Shown: positions 1 through 7,978 of the stretch, piece after piece
How the letters are laid out: the number at the start of each line of letters is the position of its first letter
How positions within the stretch are numbered: position 1 is the first letter of the stretch
Source of the DNA: an uncultured Candidatus Saccharibacteria bacterium
Lineage (GTDB): Bacteria > Patescibacteriota > Minisyncoccia > Minisyncoccales > CAYTKG01
Assembly (NCBI GenBank): GCA_964401285.1
Contig: CAYNXY010000008.1
Coordinates: 1-29,288 of the forward strand
Length of the DNA: 29,288 nucleotides
Direction of reading: 5' to 3'
Program-made: the position numbers and the translations under genes
Notes under the pieces: model-generated
What the model was told of the DNA's origin: nothing
Database searches by the model: none
What the model saw: the letters and a program-made list of their open reading frames with translations, nothing else

Positions 1-1089
1 AAAATTGAGAAAGACACTTATCAAAAAATCCTTTCCCGGATAAAACTTTTAGCCGGGTTAAAACTTAATATTACGGACCGACCTCAAGACGGTCGGTTTT
101 CTATTGGTTTGGAAGAAAAAGGGTTAGAAGTAGAAATCAGAACTTCGGCCCTGCCGGCTGAGTACGGAGAAACAGTGGTGATGAGGATTTTAAACCCCGA
201 GTCCCTTAAAAATTTAGGGGAGTTGGGGTTACGGCCGGATTTACTTAAAAAAGTTGAAGAGCAGATCAAAAGACCAAACGGCATGGTTGTAGCAACCGGC
301 CCCACCGGGTGTGGGAAAACAACCACTCTTTACGCTATCTGCAAAGAGCTTTCCAGTCCGGAGATAAAAATAATAACGATTGAAGACCCGATAGAGTACC
401 ACCTGGAAGGGGTTTCACAAACCCAGGTAGAACCTAAAAAAACCTATTCCTTCGGTTCCAAAGACCAGCCGATTGAACCCAAAAAGGGGTATGATTTTGC
501 CTCGGGGCTGCGCTCCATAGTAAGGCAGGACCCGGACGTAATTCTTGTGGGGGAGATAAGGGACGAGGAAACCGTAGACATCGCGCTCCAGGCGGCCTTA
601 ACAGGCCACCTCGTGCTTACCACCCTGCACACCAATGATGCGGCAGGAGTGGTAACCCGGCTCATCTCCCTGGGCGGTAACGTGGCAAACATCGGGCCGG
701 CGGTGAACATGGTAATCGGCCAAAGGTTGGTAAGAAAACTTTGCCCTGAGTGTAAAAAAACGAGAAAATTAACAGAAGAAGAGAAAAAAGAGGTTAAAAA
801 CCAAGTATCCGCTTTACCGGAAGGGGTAAAAACCCCTAAAATAGAAGAGGTAGCTGAACCCGTAGGGTGCAAGGCCTGCAACAACACCGGGTACCGAGGC
901 CGGACAGGAATTTTTGAGCTCTTTTTAACAGATGAAGAACTGGAAGAAATGATACAAAAAAAGCCCTCCATCGCAAAGCTGCGCAGGAAGGCCCACGAGA
1001 AAGGGATGACTACGATGAAACAGGACGGAATACTAAAAGTTTTAAAGGGAGAAACTACCTTAAGCGAGGTAGAAAGAGTGACAGGGTAA
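1..1089 (+). CDS. pilB: Type IV pilus / type II secretion assembly ATPase (PilB/GspE family), 5' partial; the reading frame is open from window position 1
   Basis: Frame 1 is open from nt 1 and reads ...LPQDGRFSIG..., the GspE N-terminal motif. Walker A GPTGCGKTTT. Asp/His boxes DPDVILVGEIRDEETVDIALQAALTGHLVLTTLHTNDAAG. C-terminal tetracysteine CPEC...CKAC, typical of PilB/GspE and not PilT. Confidence 0.8.
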   Translation, partial: KIEKDTYQKILSRIKLLAGLKLNITDRPQDGRFSIGLEEKGLEVEIRTSALPAEYGETVVMRILNPESLKNLGELGLRPDLLKKVEEQIKRPNGMVVATGPTGCGKTTTLYAICKELSSPEIKIITIEDPIEYHLEGVSQTQVEPKKTYSFGSKDQPIEPKKGYDFASGLRSIVRQDPDVILVGEIRDEETVDIALQAALTGHLVLTTLHTNDAAGVVTRLISLGGNVANIGPAVNMVIGQRLVRKLCPECKKTRKLTEEEKKEVKNQVSALPEGVKTPKIEEVAEPVGCKACNNTGYRGRTGIFELFLTDEELEEMIQKKPSIAKLRRKAHEKGMTTMKQDGILKVLKGETTLSEVERVTG

Positions 1090-1157
1090 GCCGTGTTAAA
1101 AAATAAAAGCCCCAGCACTTACAGAGAGAAGAGAGCAAAGAAGGGTAAATAAAAATA

Positions 1158-1274
1158 GAGTTGGGGTTGGGGGCCAAAAAATTTGCTTTGAAAAGTCAGA
1201 AGCTCTTTGAGGTATAGCTGAGCGTAAACCAAGCTACCCATCCACAAGAGTTTCCTCACCCCCAACCCCAACCC
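1158..1274. repeat. Long-range inverted repeat: GTTGGGGTTGGGGG at 1160-1173 is a perfect 14-bp complement of CCCCCAACCCCAAC at 1259-1272, enclosing about 85 nt. A T-rich tract follows. Possible structured RNA.
   Basis: Read directly from the sequence. The arms are a TTGGGG telomere-like repeat. Confidence 0.5.
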
Positions 1275-1331
1275 TACTAGTTTTTGTTTTTCTTACTTAG
1301 TTTACTATTATTATAATAAGGATATTTGGAA

Positions 1332-2366
1332 ATGTCAAGTGAAAAACGGGTGACAACACCAAAAGCAACTGAAGAAGACCAGGTCCTAGACCTCACTTTA
1401 AGGCCTAAAACCTGGGACGGTTTTATCGGGCAGAAAAGAATCAAGAAAAACCTGAGAATAATCATTGAAGCCAGCAAAAAAAGAGGTGAGGCCTGCTGCG
1501 AGCACCTGCTTTTTTACGGAAACTCGGGGCTGGGCAAGACAACCCTGGCCCACATCGTAGCCCACGAACTTGACACAAATTTAAGGGTAATCTCGGGGAC
1601 AACGGTTAAAAACGTAGGCGACCTGGCTGCTATTCTTTCCAACCTGGGAGAGGGAGATGTTCTTTTTATCGATGAGATACACCGGCTCAACAAACTCATA
1701 GAAGAGTTTCTTTACCCGGCGATGGAGGACTACAAGCTCCACCTGGTGCTCGGGAAGGGGCCGATGGCTAAAACAATGGAGCTTGAACTGCCGCGCTTCG
1801 CGATGATAGGGGCAACCACCAAAATCGGACTTCTCTCTACCCCTCTGCGCAACCGCTTCGGGGCCATTTTCCAGCTTAATTTTTACAACAACGAAGAGAT
1901 AGAAAGAATAGTAAAACGCTCCGCTAAAATTCTGGATGTAGACGTTAAAGACGAGGCAGGGAAAATCATAGCCAAAAGAGCCCGCTTCACCCCCCGAGTA
2001 GCAAACCGTCTCTTAAAAAGAGTGCGGGACTGGGCGCAGGTGGAAGCAGACGGAGTGATTACAAAACCGGTGGTGGAAAAAGCGCTTGATTTTCTTGACA
2101 TCGATGAAAAAGGGCTGGAGAAAGGAGACAGAAGAATACTTAAAACTCTTATTAAAAAATTCGAAGGCGGGCCGGCCGGACTGCAGGCCATATCCGCCGC
2201 TTCCGCAGAAGAAAAAGAAGCAATCCTTGACATTTACGAGCCCTACCTTATGCGGCTCGGGTTCGTAAAGAGGACCCCAAGAGGAAGGGTGGCAACCAAG
2301 CTGGCTTACAAACACCTCGACTTGAAACCAAAGCCAGAACAGAAAAACCTGTTAGACAGCTCATGA
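1332..2366 (+). CDS. ruvB: Holliday junction branch-migration helicase RuvB
   Basis: N-terminus LRPKTWDGFIGQ, Walker A GNSGLGKTT and Walker B LFIDEIHRL match RuvB. The ORF track starts at a TTG at 1326, but the ATG at 1332 is the likely start. Confidence 0.93.
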   Translation: MSSEKRVTTPKATEEDQVLDLTLRPKTWDGFIGQKRIKKNLRIIIEASKKRGEACCEHLLFYGNSGLGKTTLAHIVAHELDTNLRVISGTTVKNVGDLAAILSNLGEGDVLFIDEIHRLNKLIEEFLYPAMEDYKLHLVLGKGPMAKTMELELPRFAMIGATTKIGLLSTPLRNRFGAIFQLNFYNNEEIERIVKRSAKILDVDVKDEAGKIIAKRARFTPRVANRLLKRVRDWAQVEADGVITKPVVEKALDFLDIDEKGLEKGDRRILKTLIKKFEGGPAGLQAISAASAEEKEAILDIYEPYLMRLGFVKRTPRGRVATKLAYKHLDLKPKPEQKNLLDSS

Positions 2367-2376
2367 GCAAAAGTTC

Positions 2377-3000
2377 ATGAATGAGGAAGTAAAAAACGAA
2401 GCCGGTGTTATCGTAAACGAGGTGGCCTGGATGGGAACTGAAAACTCAAGCTACGACGAGTGGATAGAGTTAAAAAATAAAAGCGAAAGGAATATCAACC
2501 TGGCCGGATGGCGCCTTGAAGCGGCAGACGGTACCCCGGAGGTAGAGCTTGCGGGCAAGATAAATGCCGGCGGCTTTTTTATTTTAGAAAGAACAGATGA
2601 GACAACCCTGCCCGAACAAAAGGCAGACCTTATCTATAAAGGGGCATTAAGCAACAAAGGTGAAAGACTAACCTTGCTTGACGGTGAGGGCAACCCGGTG
2701 GACGAGGTTGACGCCCAAGCGGGCTGGCCGGAAGGAGACAATGAAAGCAAAAGAACAATGGAGCGGAAAGAAGACGGATGGCAAACAAGCAAGATTAAGG
2801 GCGGGACCCCGGGGGCCAAGAACAGCCCGGGGATGATAATTCAAAGCGTGAAAGAGTCCGAAAAAATCCCAGTTTTAAAGCCGAGAGCTTACTCGCGGGC
2901 AGCCAATAAGAGATTTTTGCAAACGTTTTTTTTCGGAGCTTCCCTGGCTTTACTTTGCACCGGCTTAGCAGTTATAATAAAAAGGAAGGTAATGCCCTAG
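2377..3000 (+). CDS. Lamin-tail-domain (LTD) protein with a C-terminal hydrophobic anchor followed by KRK
   Basis: VIVNEVAWMGT...YDEWIELKN...NLAGWRLEAADG...GGFFILER...ADLIYKG..LSNKGERLTLLD fits the LTD fold signature. There is no N-terminal signal peptide. The C-terminal TM is FFFGASLALLCTGLAVIIKRK. Confidence 0.65.
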   Translation: MNEEVKNEAGVIVNEVAWMGTENSSYDEWIELKNKSERNINLAGWRLEAADGTPEVELAGKINAGGFFILERTDETTLPEQKADLIYKGALSNKGERLTLLDGEGNPVDEVDAQAGWPEGDNESKRTMERKEDGWQTSKIKGGTPGAKNSPGMIIQSVKESEKIPVLKPRAYSRAANKRFLQTFFFGASLALLCTGLAVIIKRKVMP

Positions 3001-3062
3001 TCGCGGTTCGCAACACGAGGTTTACAAATAACAAGTTTTACGTTTCCCAGTGCAGAGAAAAC

Positions 3063-4262
3063 ATGACAAAAGAAGAAAAAATTGAAGAAGTTTTAGCGCG
3101 GGGGGTGAAAAAGATTTACCCTTCCAAAAAGAAGCTCAAGGAAAAAATGCAGGAAGGGAAAATCCGCCTTTACCAGGGGTTCGACCCCACGGCCCCGAGT
3201 TTGCACATCGGCCACCTGGCCGGGATCGTAAAACTGGCTCAGTTTCAAAAGCTGGGGCACGAAGTGATTTTTTTGGTGGGGGACTTCACGGGGATGATAG
3301 GCGACCCCACGGATAAAGCGGAAACAAGAGAAAAACTGACCCGGGAAGAGGTGCTTACAAATTGCAAGAACTACAAAAAACAGGCAGGAAGAATTCTTTC
3401 TTTTTCCGGTGAAAACCCGGCAAAATTAAAATTTAACAGCAAGTGGCTGGACAAGGTGGATTTCAAGGAGCTTATTGAAATCACCTCCAACTTCACGGTG
3501 CAGCAAATGATACAAAGGGATTTTTTCCAAGAAAGGTTAAAAAAAGAAGAACCAATTTTTTTACATGAATTCCTTTACCCCGTTGCTCAAGCAATGGATT
3601 CACTCAAGATGGAGGTGGATTTGGAGGTGGGCGGAACGGACCAAACCTTTAACATGCTTCGAGGGAGGGACCTCTTAAAAAAAGAAAAGGGCAAAGAAAA
3701 ATTTGTTTTAACCGTTGACCTCTTGGTAGACAAACAAGGCAAAAAGGTGGGGAAAACAACAGGAAACGCTGTCTTTTTGGACCTGCAAGCAAAAGAGATT
3801 TACGGCAGAGTTATGGCTTTCCCGGACGAGGTTATCATAGACGGCTTCAAGCTGCTCACGCTTTTCCCCGCAAAAGAAATTGAAAAAATCAAAAAGGAAC
3901 TTAAAGCCGGGGGAAACCCCATGAAGGCCAAGCAAACTCTTGCTTTTGAAATTACAAAACTTGTAAAGGGAGAAAAAAGGGCGGAAGAAGCGGAAGCAGA
4001 TTTTGAGCGAGTTTTTAAAAAAGACAAAAAACCCAAAAAGATAAAAGAAGAAAAAGTGGATGAAGAGGTAATGGGAATAGTTGAGCTTTTGGTAAAAACA
4101 GGGCTTTGCTCTTCAAAAAGCGAGGCAAAAAGGATGATAAAACAGAAAGCGGTGAGGGTTGACGGAGAAAAAGTTAAAAGCGTGGGAAAGAAGGTGGAAA
4201 TAAAAAAGGGAAGAGTGCTCCAGGTGGGAAAGAGAAAATACAGAAAAGTAACCTGCAGGTAG
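3063..4262 (+). CDS. tyrS: Tyrosyl-tRNA synthetase
   Basis: HIGH motif PSLHIGHL and a KMSKS-like KKVGKT. C-terminal S4 RNA-binding domain (VKTGLCSSKSEAKRMIKQKAVRVDGEKV). Start moved to the ATG at 3063 (MTKEEK) to avoid overlap with the upstream gene. Confidence 0.9.
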   Translation: MTKEEKIEEVLARGVKKIYPSKKKLKEKMQEGKIRLYQGFDPTAPSLHIGHLAGIVKLAQFQKLGHEVIFLVGDFTGMIGDPTDKAETREKLTREEVLTNCKNYKKQAGRILSFSGENPAKLKFNSKWLDKVDFKELIEITSNFTVQQMIQRDFFQERLKKEEPIFLHEFLYPVAQAMDSLKMEVDLEVGGTDQTFNMLRGRDLLKKEKGKEKFVLTVDLLVDKQGKKVGKTTGNAVFLDLQAKEIYGRVMAFPDEVIIDGFKLLTLFPAKEIEKIKKELKAGGNPMKAKQTLAFEITKLVKGEKRAEEAEADFERVFKKDKKPKKIKEEKVDEEVMGIVELLVKTGLCSSKSEAKRMIKQKAVRVDGEKVKSVGKKVEIKKGRVLQVGKRKYRKVTCR

Positions 4263-4296
4263 CACCAACGGTTAACTATTAACCAACATTTCAAAC

Positions 4297-4806
4297 ATGA
4301 TTATTTTAGGAATCGATCCGGGAAAGGCGGACACGGGATGGGGGGTGGTAAAAAGCACAAAACAAAAAAGAAAGACAAAACTGGAGTGCGTCGGGTACGG
4401 CGTGGTTAAAACAGAAAAGGAGCTGGAGGACGCACAAAGATTGAGGTTGATTTTTAACAAAATAAATAGTTTAATAAGAAAGTTCGAGCCGGAAGTTGCG
4501 GCTGTTGAAACATTGTACTTTTTTAAAAACAGAAAAACCGCAATGGGGGTGGCGCAAAGCAGAGGAGTAGTGCTTTTGTCCGCAGCTAGGAAAGAACTGA
4601 AAGTAGAAGGGTTCACCCCGCTTCAAGCAAAGATGGCTATCACTGGCTATGGGAGAGCCAAAAAAAGCCAAGTACAGAAAATGGTTAAAAAACTGCTCGA
4701 CATGGAAGAGATCCCCAGGCCGAGCCATGCAGCAGACGCACTGGCAATGGCAATCTGCTACACAAGAACGAATGAGCATAATAAAAAAATCAACCACAAA
4801 TCATAA
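4297..4806 (+). CDS. ruvC: Holliday junction resolvase RuvC
   Basis: MIILGIDPGKADTGWGVV opening and the RNase H-like RuvC layout. Confidence 0.88.
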   Translation: MIILGIDPGKADTGWGVVKSTKQKRKTKLECVGYGVVKTEKELEDAQRLRLIFNKINSLIRKFEPEVAAVETLYFFKNRKTAMGVAQSRGVVLLSAARKELKVEGFTPLQAKMAITGYGRAKKSQVQKMVKKLLDMEEIPRPSHAADALAMAICYTRTNEHNKKINHKS

Positions 4807-4874
4807 TCGCGGTTTGTGCGGCTCCCAACTGCGCATTTAAGATAACTCCCAACTTATACACTTAATATAATAAA

Positions 4875-5606
4875 ATGTCAGGTCACAGTCATTGGCAAAA
4901 TATAAGAGCGAAAAAGCAGGCAGAAGACGCTCGTAAGAGCAAGATTTTTTCCAAATTGTCAAGATTAATAAGTATTGCCGCCCGCGAAGGGGGAGATGTG
5001 GAAGAAAACTTCAAGCTGAGACAAGCAATTGACAAAGCCAAGGAGGCAGACATGCCCTCTGAGACGATTGAGCGGGCCGTTAAGCGCGGTACCGGGGAGC
5101 TTGAAGGGGTAGAATACAAGGAGATAACTTTGGAGGCCTACGGACCCGCTAAAAGCGCCATTATCATCGACGGGATAACAGATAACAGAAACAGAACAAT
5201 TGCAGATATGAAGCAAATTCTCGATAAAAACGAAGGGAAGCTGGCCGAGCCGGGCAGTGTGCGCTACCTTTTTGAAAGAAAAGGCGTTTTGACCCTCAAC
5301 CTTGAAAAGCAGCCGGAGCGTTTTCAAGACGAGGAAAAAGTGGAGCTTGAAGTAATTGATGCCGGAGCGGAAAACACGATGTGGGACGAGAATTATTTAG
5401 ATATCTTTGTCAGCTTAAAAGATTTAAAAGAAGCAAAGGAAGAGTTGGAGAAAAAAGGTTTAAGGATTGAGTCCTCAGGCCCAGGGTGGGAACCGAAAAA
5501 TCAAATAGAAATTTCTGAAGAAGACAAAGAAAAAATAGAAAAACTGTTTGAAGCCCTGGATGAAAATGACGATGTGCAGGAAATATACACAAACGTCCGC
5601 TGGTGA
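4875..5606 (+). CDS. yebC: YebC/PmpR family DNA-binding regulator
   Basis: MSGHSHWQNIRAKKQAEDARKSKIFSKLSRLISIAAREGGD is the canonical YebC N-terminus. The ruvB, ruvC and yebC genes lie together. Confidence 0.9.
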   Translation: MSGHSHWQNIRAKKQAEDARKSKIFSKLSRLISIAAREGGDVEENFKLRQAIDKAKEADMPSETIERAVKRGTGELEGVEYKEITLEAYGPAKSAIIIDGITDNRNRTIADMKQILDKNEGKLAEPGSVRYLFERKGVLTLNLEKQPERFQDEEKVELEVIDAGAENTMWDENYLDIFVSLKDLKEAKEELEKKGLRIESSGPGWEPKNQIEISEEDKEKIEKLFEALDENDDVQEIYTNVRW

Positions 5607-5622
5607 AAAAAGTAAAGAAAAT

Positions 5623-5654
5623 AAAAACCCCCGCCAGGCGGCGGGGGTTTTTTG
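5623..5654. terminator. Bidirectional rho-independent terminator: CCCCCGCC-aggc-GGCGGGGG, with an A-tract on the 5' side and a T-tract on the 3' side
   Basis: Stem 5628-5635 pairs with 5640-5647. The T-run 5648-5653 serves yebC on the plus strand. The A-run 5623-5627 gives a U-run on the minus strand, serving the micro-ORF. Confidence 0.8.
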
Positions 5655-5792
5655 TCACTCATCCCAATCCTCGTCTTCGTCGTCCTCCTCCCAATCTTCT
5701 TCTTCATCCATCTCTTCTTCGTCACCCCAGTCCTCGTCCTCCTGGAAGGAGTCAACCTCAAAATTGGAGTAAGACCAAAATTCTTTTTTCAT
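5655..5792 (-). CDS. 45-aa hyper-acidic Trp-repeat micro-protein, MKKEFWSYSNFEVDSFQEDEDWGDEEEMDEEEDWEEDDEDEDWDE. It falls below the ORF-track length cutoff.
   Basis: Translated by hand from the minus strand. The ATG is the complement of 5790-5792 and the TGA the complement of 5655-5657. AGGGG sits 8 nt upstream. The stop abuts the shared terminator. The plus-strand frames over the same stretch give only low-complexity Ser and Pro/Arg runs. Confidence 0.4.
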   Translation of the reverse strand: MKKEFWSYSNFEVDSFQEDEDWGDEEEMDEEEDWEEDDEDEDWDE

Positions 5793-5929
5793 AATTTCAG
5801 CCCCTAAGGTTTATTGTTTAAGACCCGACCTTTCCCCGATAATCAATTTGCGCTTTTTACTTCCCTTTGGCAATTATATTTATAATCAAGCTCTTGTCAA
5901 GGGGTTCATCTTCTACTATTTTATACTAT

Positions 5930-7810
5930 ATGAAGAAAAAGTTATCTAAAATATTAGCGTTGGTTCTGAAAAGTGGAATAATACTTGTTTTTCTAGGCCT
6001 TATTTTGTTTTTAAGCATGCTTCTTTATTACAGTAAAAATTTACCGAGGCCGGAAAAATTTACAGAAAGAAGGTTAGCTGAGCCCACCGAGATATATGAT
6101 AAAACGGGGGAGCACATCCTTTACACTCTTTACGGCGAAGAAAAAAGAGAACCCGTCCCCCTAGAAGAAATGTCCCCTCACCTTAAAAATGCCGTAGTGG
6201 CGGCAGAAGACAAAAAGTTTTACGACCACTTTGGAATCGACCCCTGGGGTATAGTCCGGGCTCTGCTCATTGATGTGCAGCGCGGAGCACCAGTCCAGGG
6301 CGCCTCCACCATCCCTCAGCAGCTTATTCGTTCTACTTTTTTAACACCTCAAAAAAACATAGAGCGCAAGGTAAGAGAGATAATTTTGAGTATAGAGCTT
6401 GATAATCGTTATTCCAAAAATCAAATTCTTGAATGGTACCTGAACCAAGTCCCTTTCGGTTCCAACGCTTGCGGTGTCGAAGCGGCCAGCAAAACATTTT
6501 TCTCCAAAAAAGCAAAAGACCTCAAACTGGCAGAAGCAGCCACCTTAGCAAGCTTGATAAAAGCACCCAGCCGTCTTTCCCCTTACGGACCTCACAAGGA
6601 AGAGCTTCTGGAAAGAAAGGACTACGTAATAGATGAGATGGTGAAAGAGGGTTACGTAAGCAGAGAAGAAGCGGAAAAAGCCAAAAAAGAAGAGGTTGTT
6701 TTTGGTAAAAAATCATCAACCCCGCTTATGGCCCCTCATTTCGTGCTTGAGGTGAAAAGCAAGCTGGTAGAAAGATACGGAGAAGAATATTTAAAAACAG
6801 AAGGGCTCAAGGTTTACACCACTCTTAACTGGGAACTGCAGCAAGCAGCAGAAAAAATAGTAGAGGAAGGGGCAGAAAAGAACGAGGCCTACCGATCTTA
6901 CAATGCAGCCCTGGTAGCAATAGACCCCAAAAATGGAGAATTAGCAGCACTTGTAGGTAATAAAAATTATTTTGGCGAACCGCACCCTCAAGGTTGCGTC
7001 TCAGGGAAAAACTGCCTTTTTGACCCGGATTTTAATGTTGCCTCGTTCGGGAAAAGACAACCCGGATCATCTTTTAAACCTCTGGTTTACGCCACTGCAT
7101 TTGAAAAGGGGTATAGCGATAAACACGTAGTAGTAGACGAGCCAACCAACTTCGGTGTTTGGGGAGGCAAAGAGTACACCCCCAAAAACTACGACGGATT
7201 CTTTAGGGGCCCCGTCACTCTGAGACAATCTCTTGCCCAATCATTAAACGTCCCTTCCGTTAAGGTGCTTGTTTATCTAGCAGGGATAGAAGAAAGTGTG
7301 CTCCAGGCAAAAAAAATGGGGATTACAACCTTGAAAGAACCATCTTACTACGGCCCCGCCCTTGTTCTCGGTGGAGGGGAAGTAACTTTAAAAGATATGG
7401 TAAGCGCCTTTAGTGTTTTTGCTAATAACGGGAAGAGGCATCCCTCCCACTCAATCTCCCGCATAGAAGACAAAAGGGGAGAGGTTATTTATGAATTTCA
7501 AAGTGATGCCAAAAGAGTGCTCAGCGATCGTTCTGCGAGTTTGATAACAAGCGTTCTTTCCGATGAAGAAGCAAGGGCGCCGATGTTCGGTTCCAACTCG
7601 GTTCTTTACGTTGACGATGAAACCGCAGTCAAGACAGGAACCACACAATATTACAATGACGCCTGGACCATCGGGTATGATAAAAAAATAGCGGCAGGGG
7701 TTTGGACCGGAAACAACGACAACTCTTCAACTGCCAATAAGCCGGGGGTGGTGATAGCAGGCCCAATATGGCATGACTTTATGGTGGAGGCGAAAAAAAT
7801 AATAGAATAG
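5930..7810 (+). CDS. Class A penicillin-binding protein (glycosyltransferase GT51 plus transpeptidase), PBP1A-like
   Basis: N-terminal TM anchor. GT51 motifs EDKKFYDHFGIDP and GASTIPQQLIRS. Transpeptidase motifs SSFKP, a likely SxN, and KTGTT. ATG at 5930 chosen over the upstream TTG at 5867. Confidence 0.9.
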   Translation: MKKKLSKILALVLKSGIILVFLGLILFLSMLLYYSKNLPRPEKFTERRLAEPTEIYDKTGEHILYTLYGEEKREPVPLEEMSPHLKNAVVAAEDKKFYDHFGIDPWGIVRALLIDVQRGAPVQGASTIPQQLIRSTFLTPQKNIERKVREIILSIELDNRYSKNQILEWYLNQVPFGSNACGVEAASKTFFSKKAKDLKLAEAATLASLIKAPSRLSPYGPHKEELLERKDYVIDEMVKEGYVSREEAEKAKKEEVVFGKKSSTPLMAPHFVLEVKSKLVERYGEEYLKTEGLKVYTTLNWELQQAAEKIVEEGAEKNEAYRSYNAALVAIDPKNGELAALVGNKNYFGEPHPQGCVSGKNCLFDPDFNVASFGKRQPGSSFKPLVYATAFEKGYSDKHVVVDEPTNFGVWGGKEYTPKNYDGFFRGPVTLRQSLAQSLNVPSVKVLVYLAGIEESVLQAKKMGITTLKEPSYYGPALVLGGGEVTLKDMVSAFSVFANNGKRHPSHSISRIEDKRGEVIYEFQSDAKRVLSDRSASLITSVLSDEEARAPMFGSNSVLYVDDETAVKTGTTQYYNDAWTIGYDKKIAAGVWTGNNDNSSTANKPGVVIAGPIWHDFMVEAKKIIE

Positions 7811-7873
7811 TAATCACCAAGATTCTTCCGGTTTTTCTACAAAGGATTTTATAATTTCACAATTTAAAAAAAC

Positions 7874-7902
7874 AAAAGCATGGCTAGATTGCCATGCTTT
7901 TG
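7874..7902. terminator. Bidirectional rho-independent terminator: GCATGGC-tagatt-GCCATGC flanked by A and T runs
   Basis: Stem 7878-7884 pairs with 7891-7897. TTTTG follows on the plus strand and an A-rich tract precedes it. The hairpin lies between the convergent PBP and dnaN genes. Confidence 0.75.
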
Positions 7903-7978
7903 AATTATGAGAATATTTTATTAATTTATCCTTGCCTGCCCTTCCAACAGCCAACCTTTAGAAGCCGGCCGTTGGATT

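Noticed and set aside
444-1118. 224-aa minus-strand ORF antisense to the pilB-like gene
   Set aside because: It lies entirely within a strongly supported plus-strand CDS that has clear Walker and His-box motifs. Its low-complexity translation is typical of an antisense frame.
1158-1274. Possible SRP (4.5S) RNA, given the roughly 115-nt length with paired G-rich and C-rich ends
   Set aside because: The universally conserved domain IV motif (GGAAGCAGCC around a GNRA tetraloop) is absent from the interior. It is kept only as an unassigned structured repeat.
2955-3062. Upstream extension of tyrS overlapping the LTD gene (ORF-track start at 2955)
   Set aside because: The ATG at 3063 gives a normal TyrS N-terminus about 38 aa before the HIGH motif and avoids a 46-nt overlap. 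The extension has no homology support.
5548-5794. Plus-strand ORFs of 74 and 63 aa (Ser-run and Pro/Arg-rich) in the yebC-PBP spacer
   Set aside because: They are alternative frames of the GA-rich stretch whose minus-strand frame gives a coherent acidic peptide with an RBS and terminator. They run through the terminator hairpin and have no start context.
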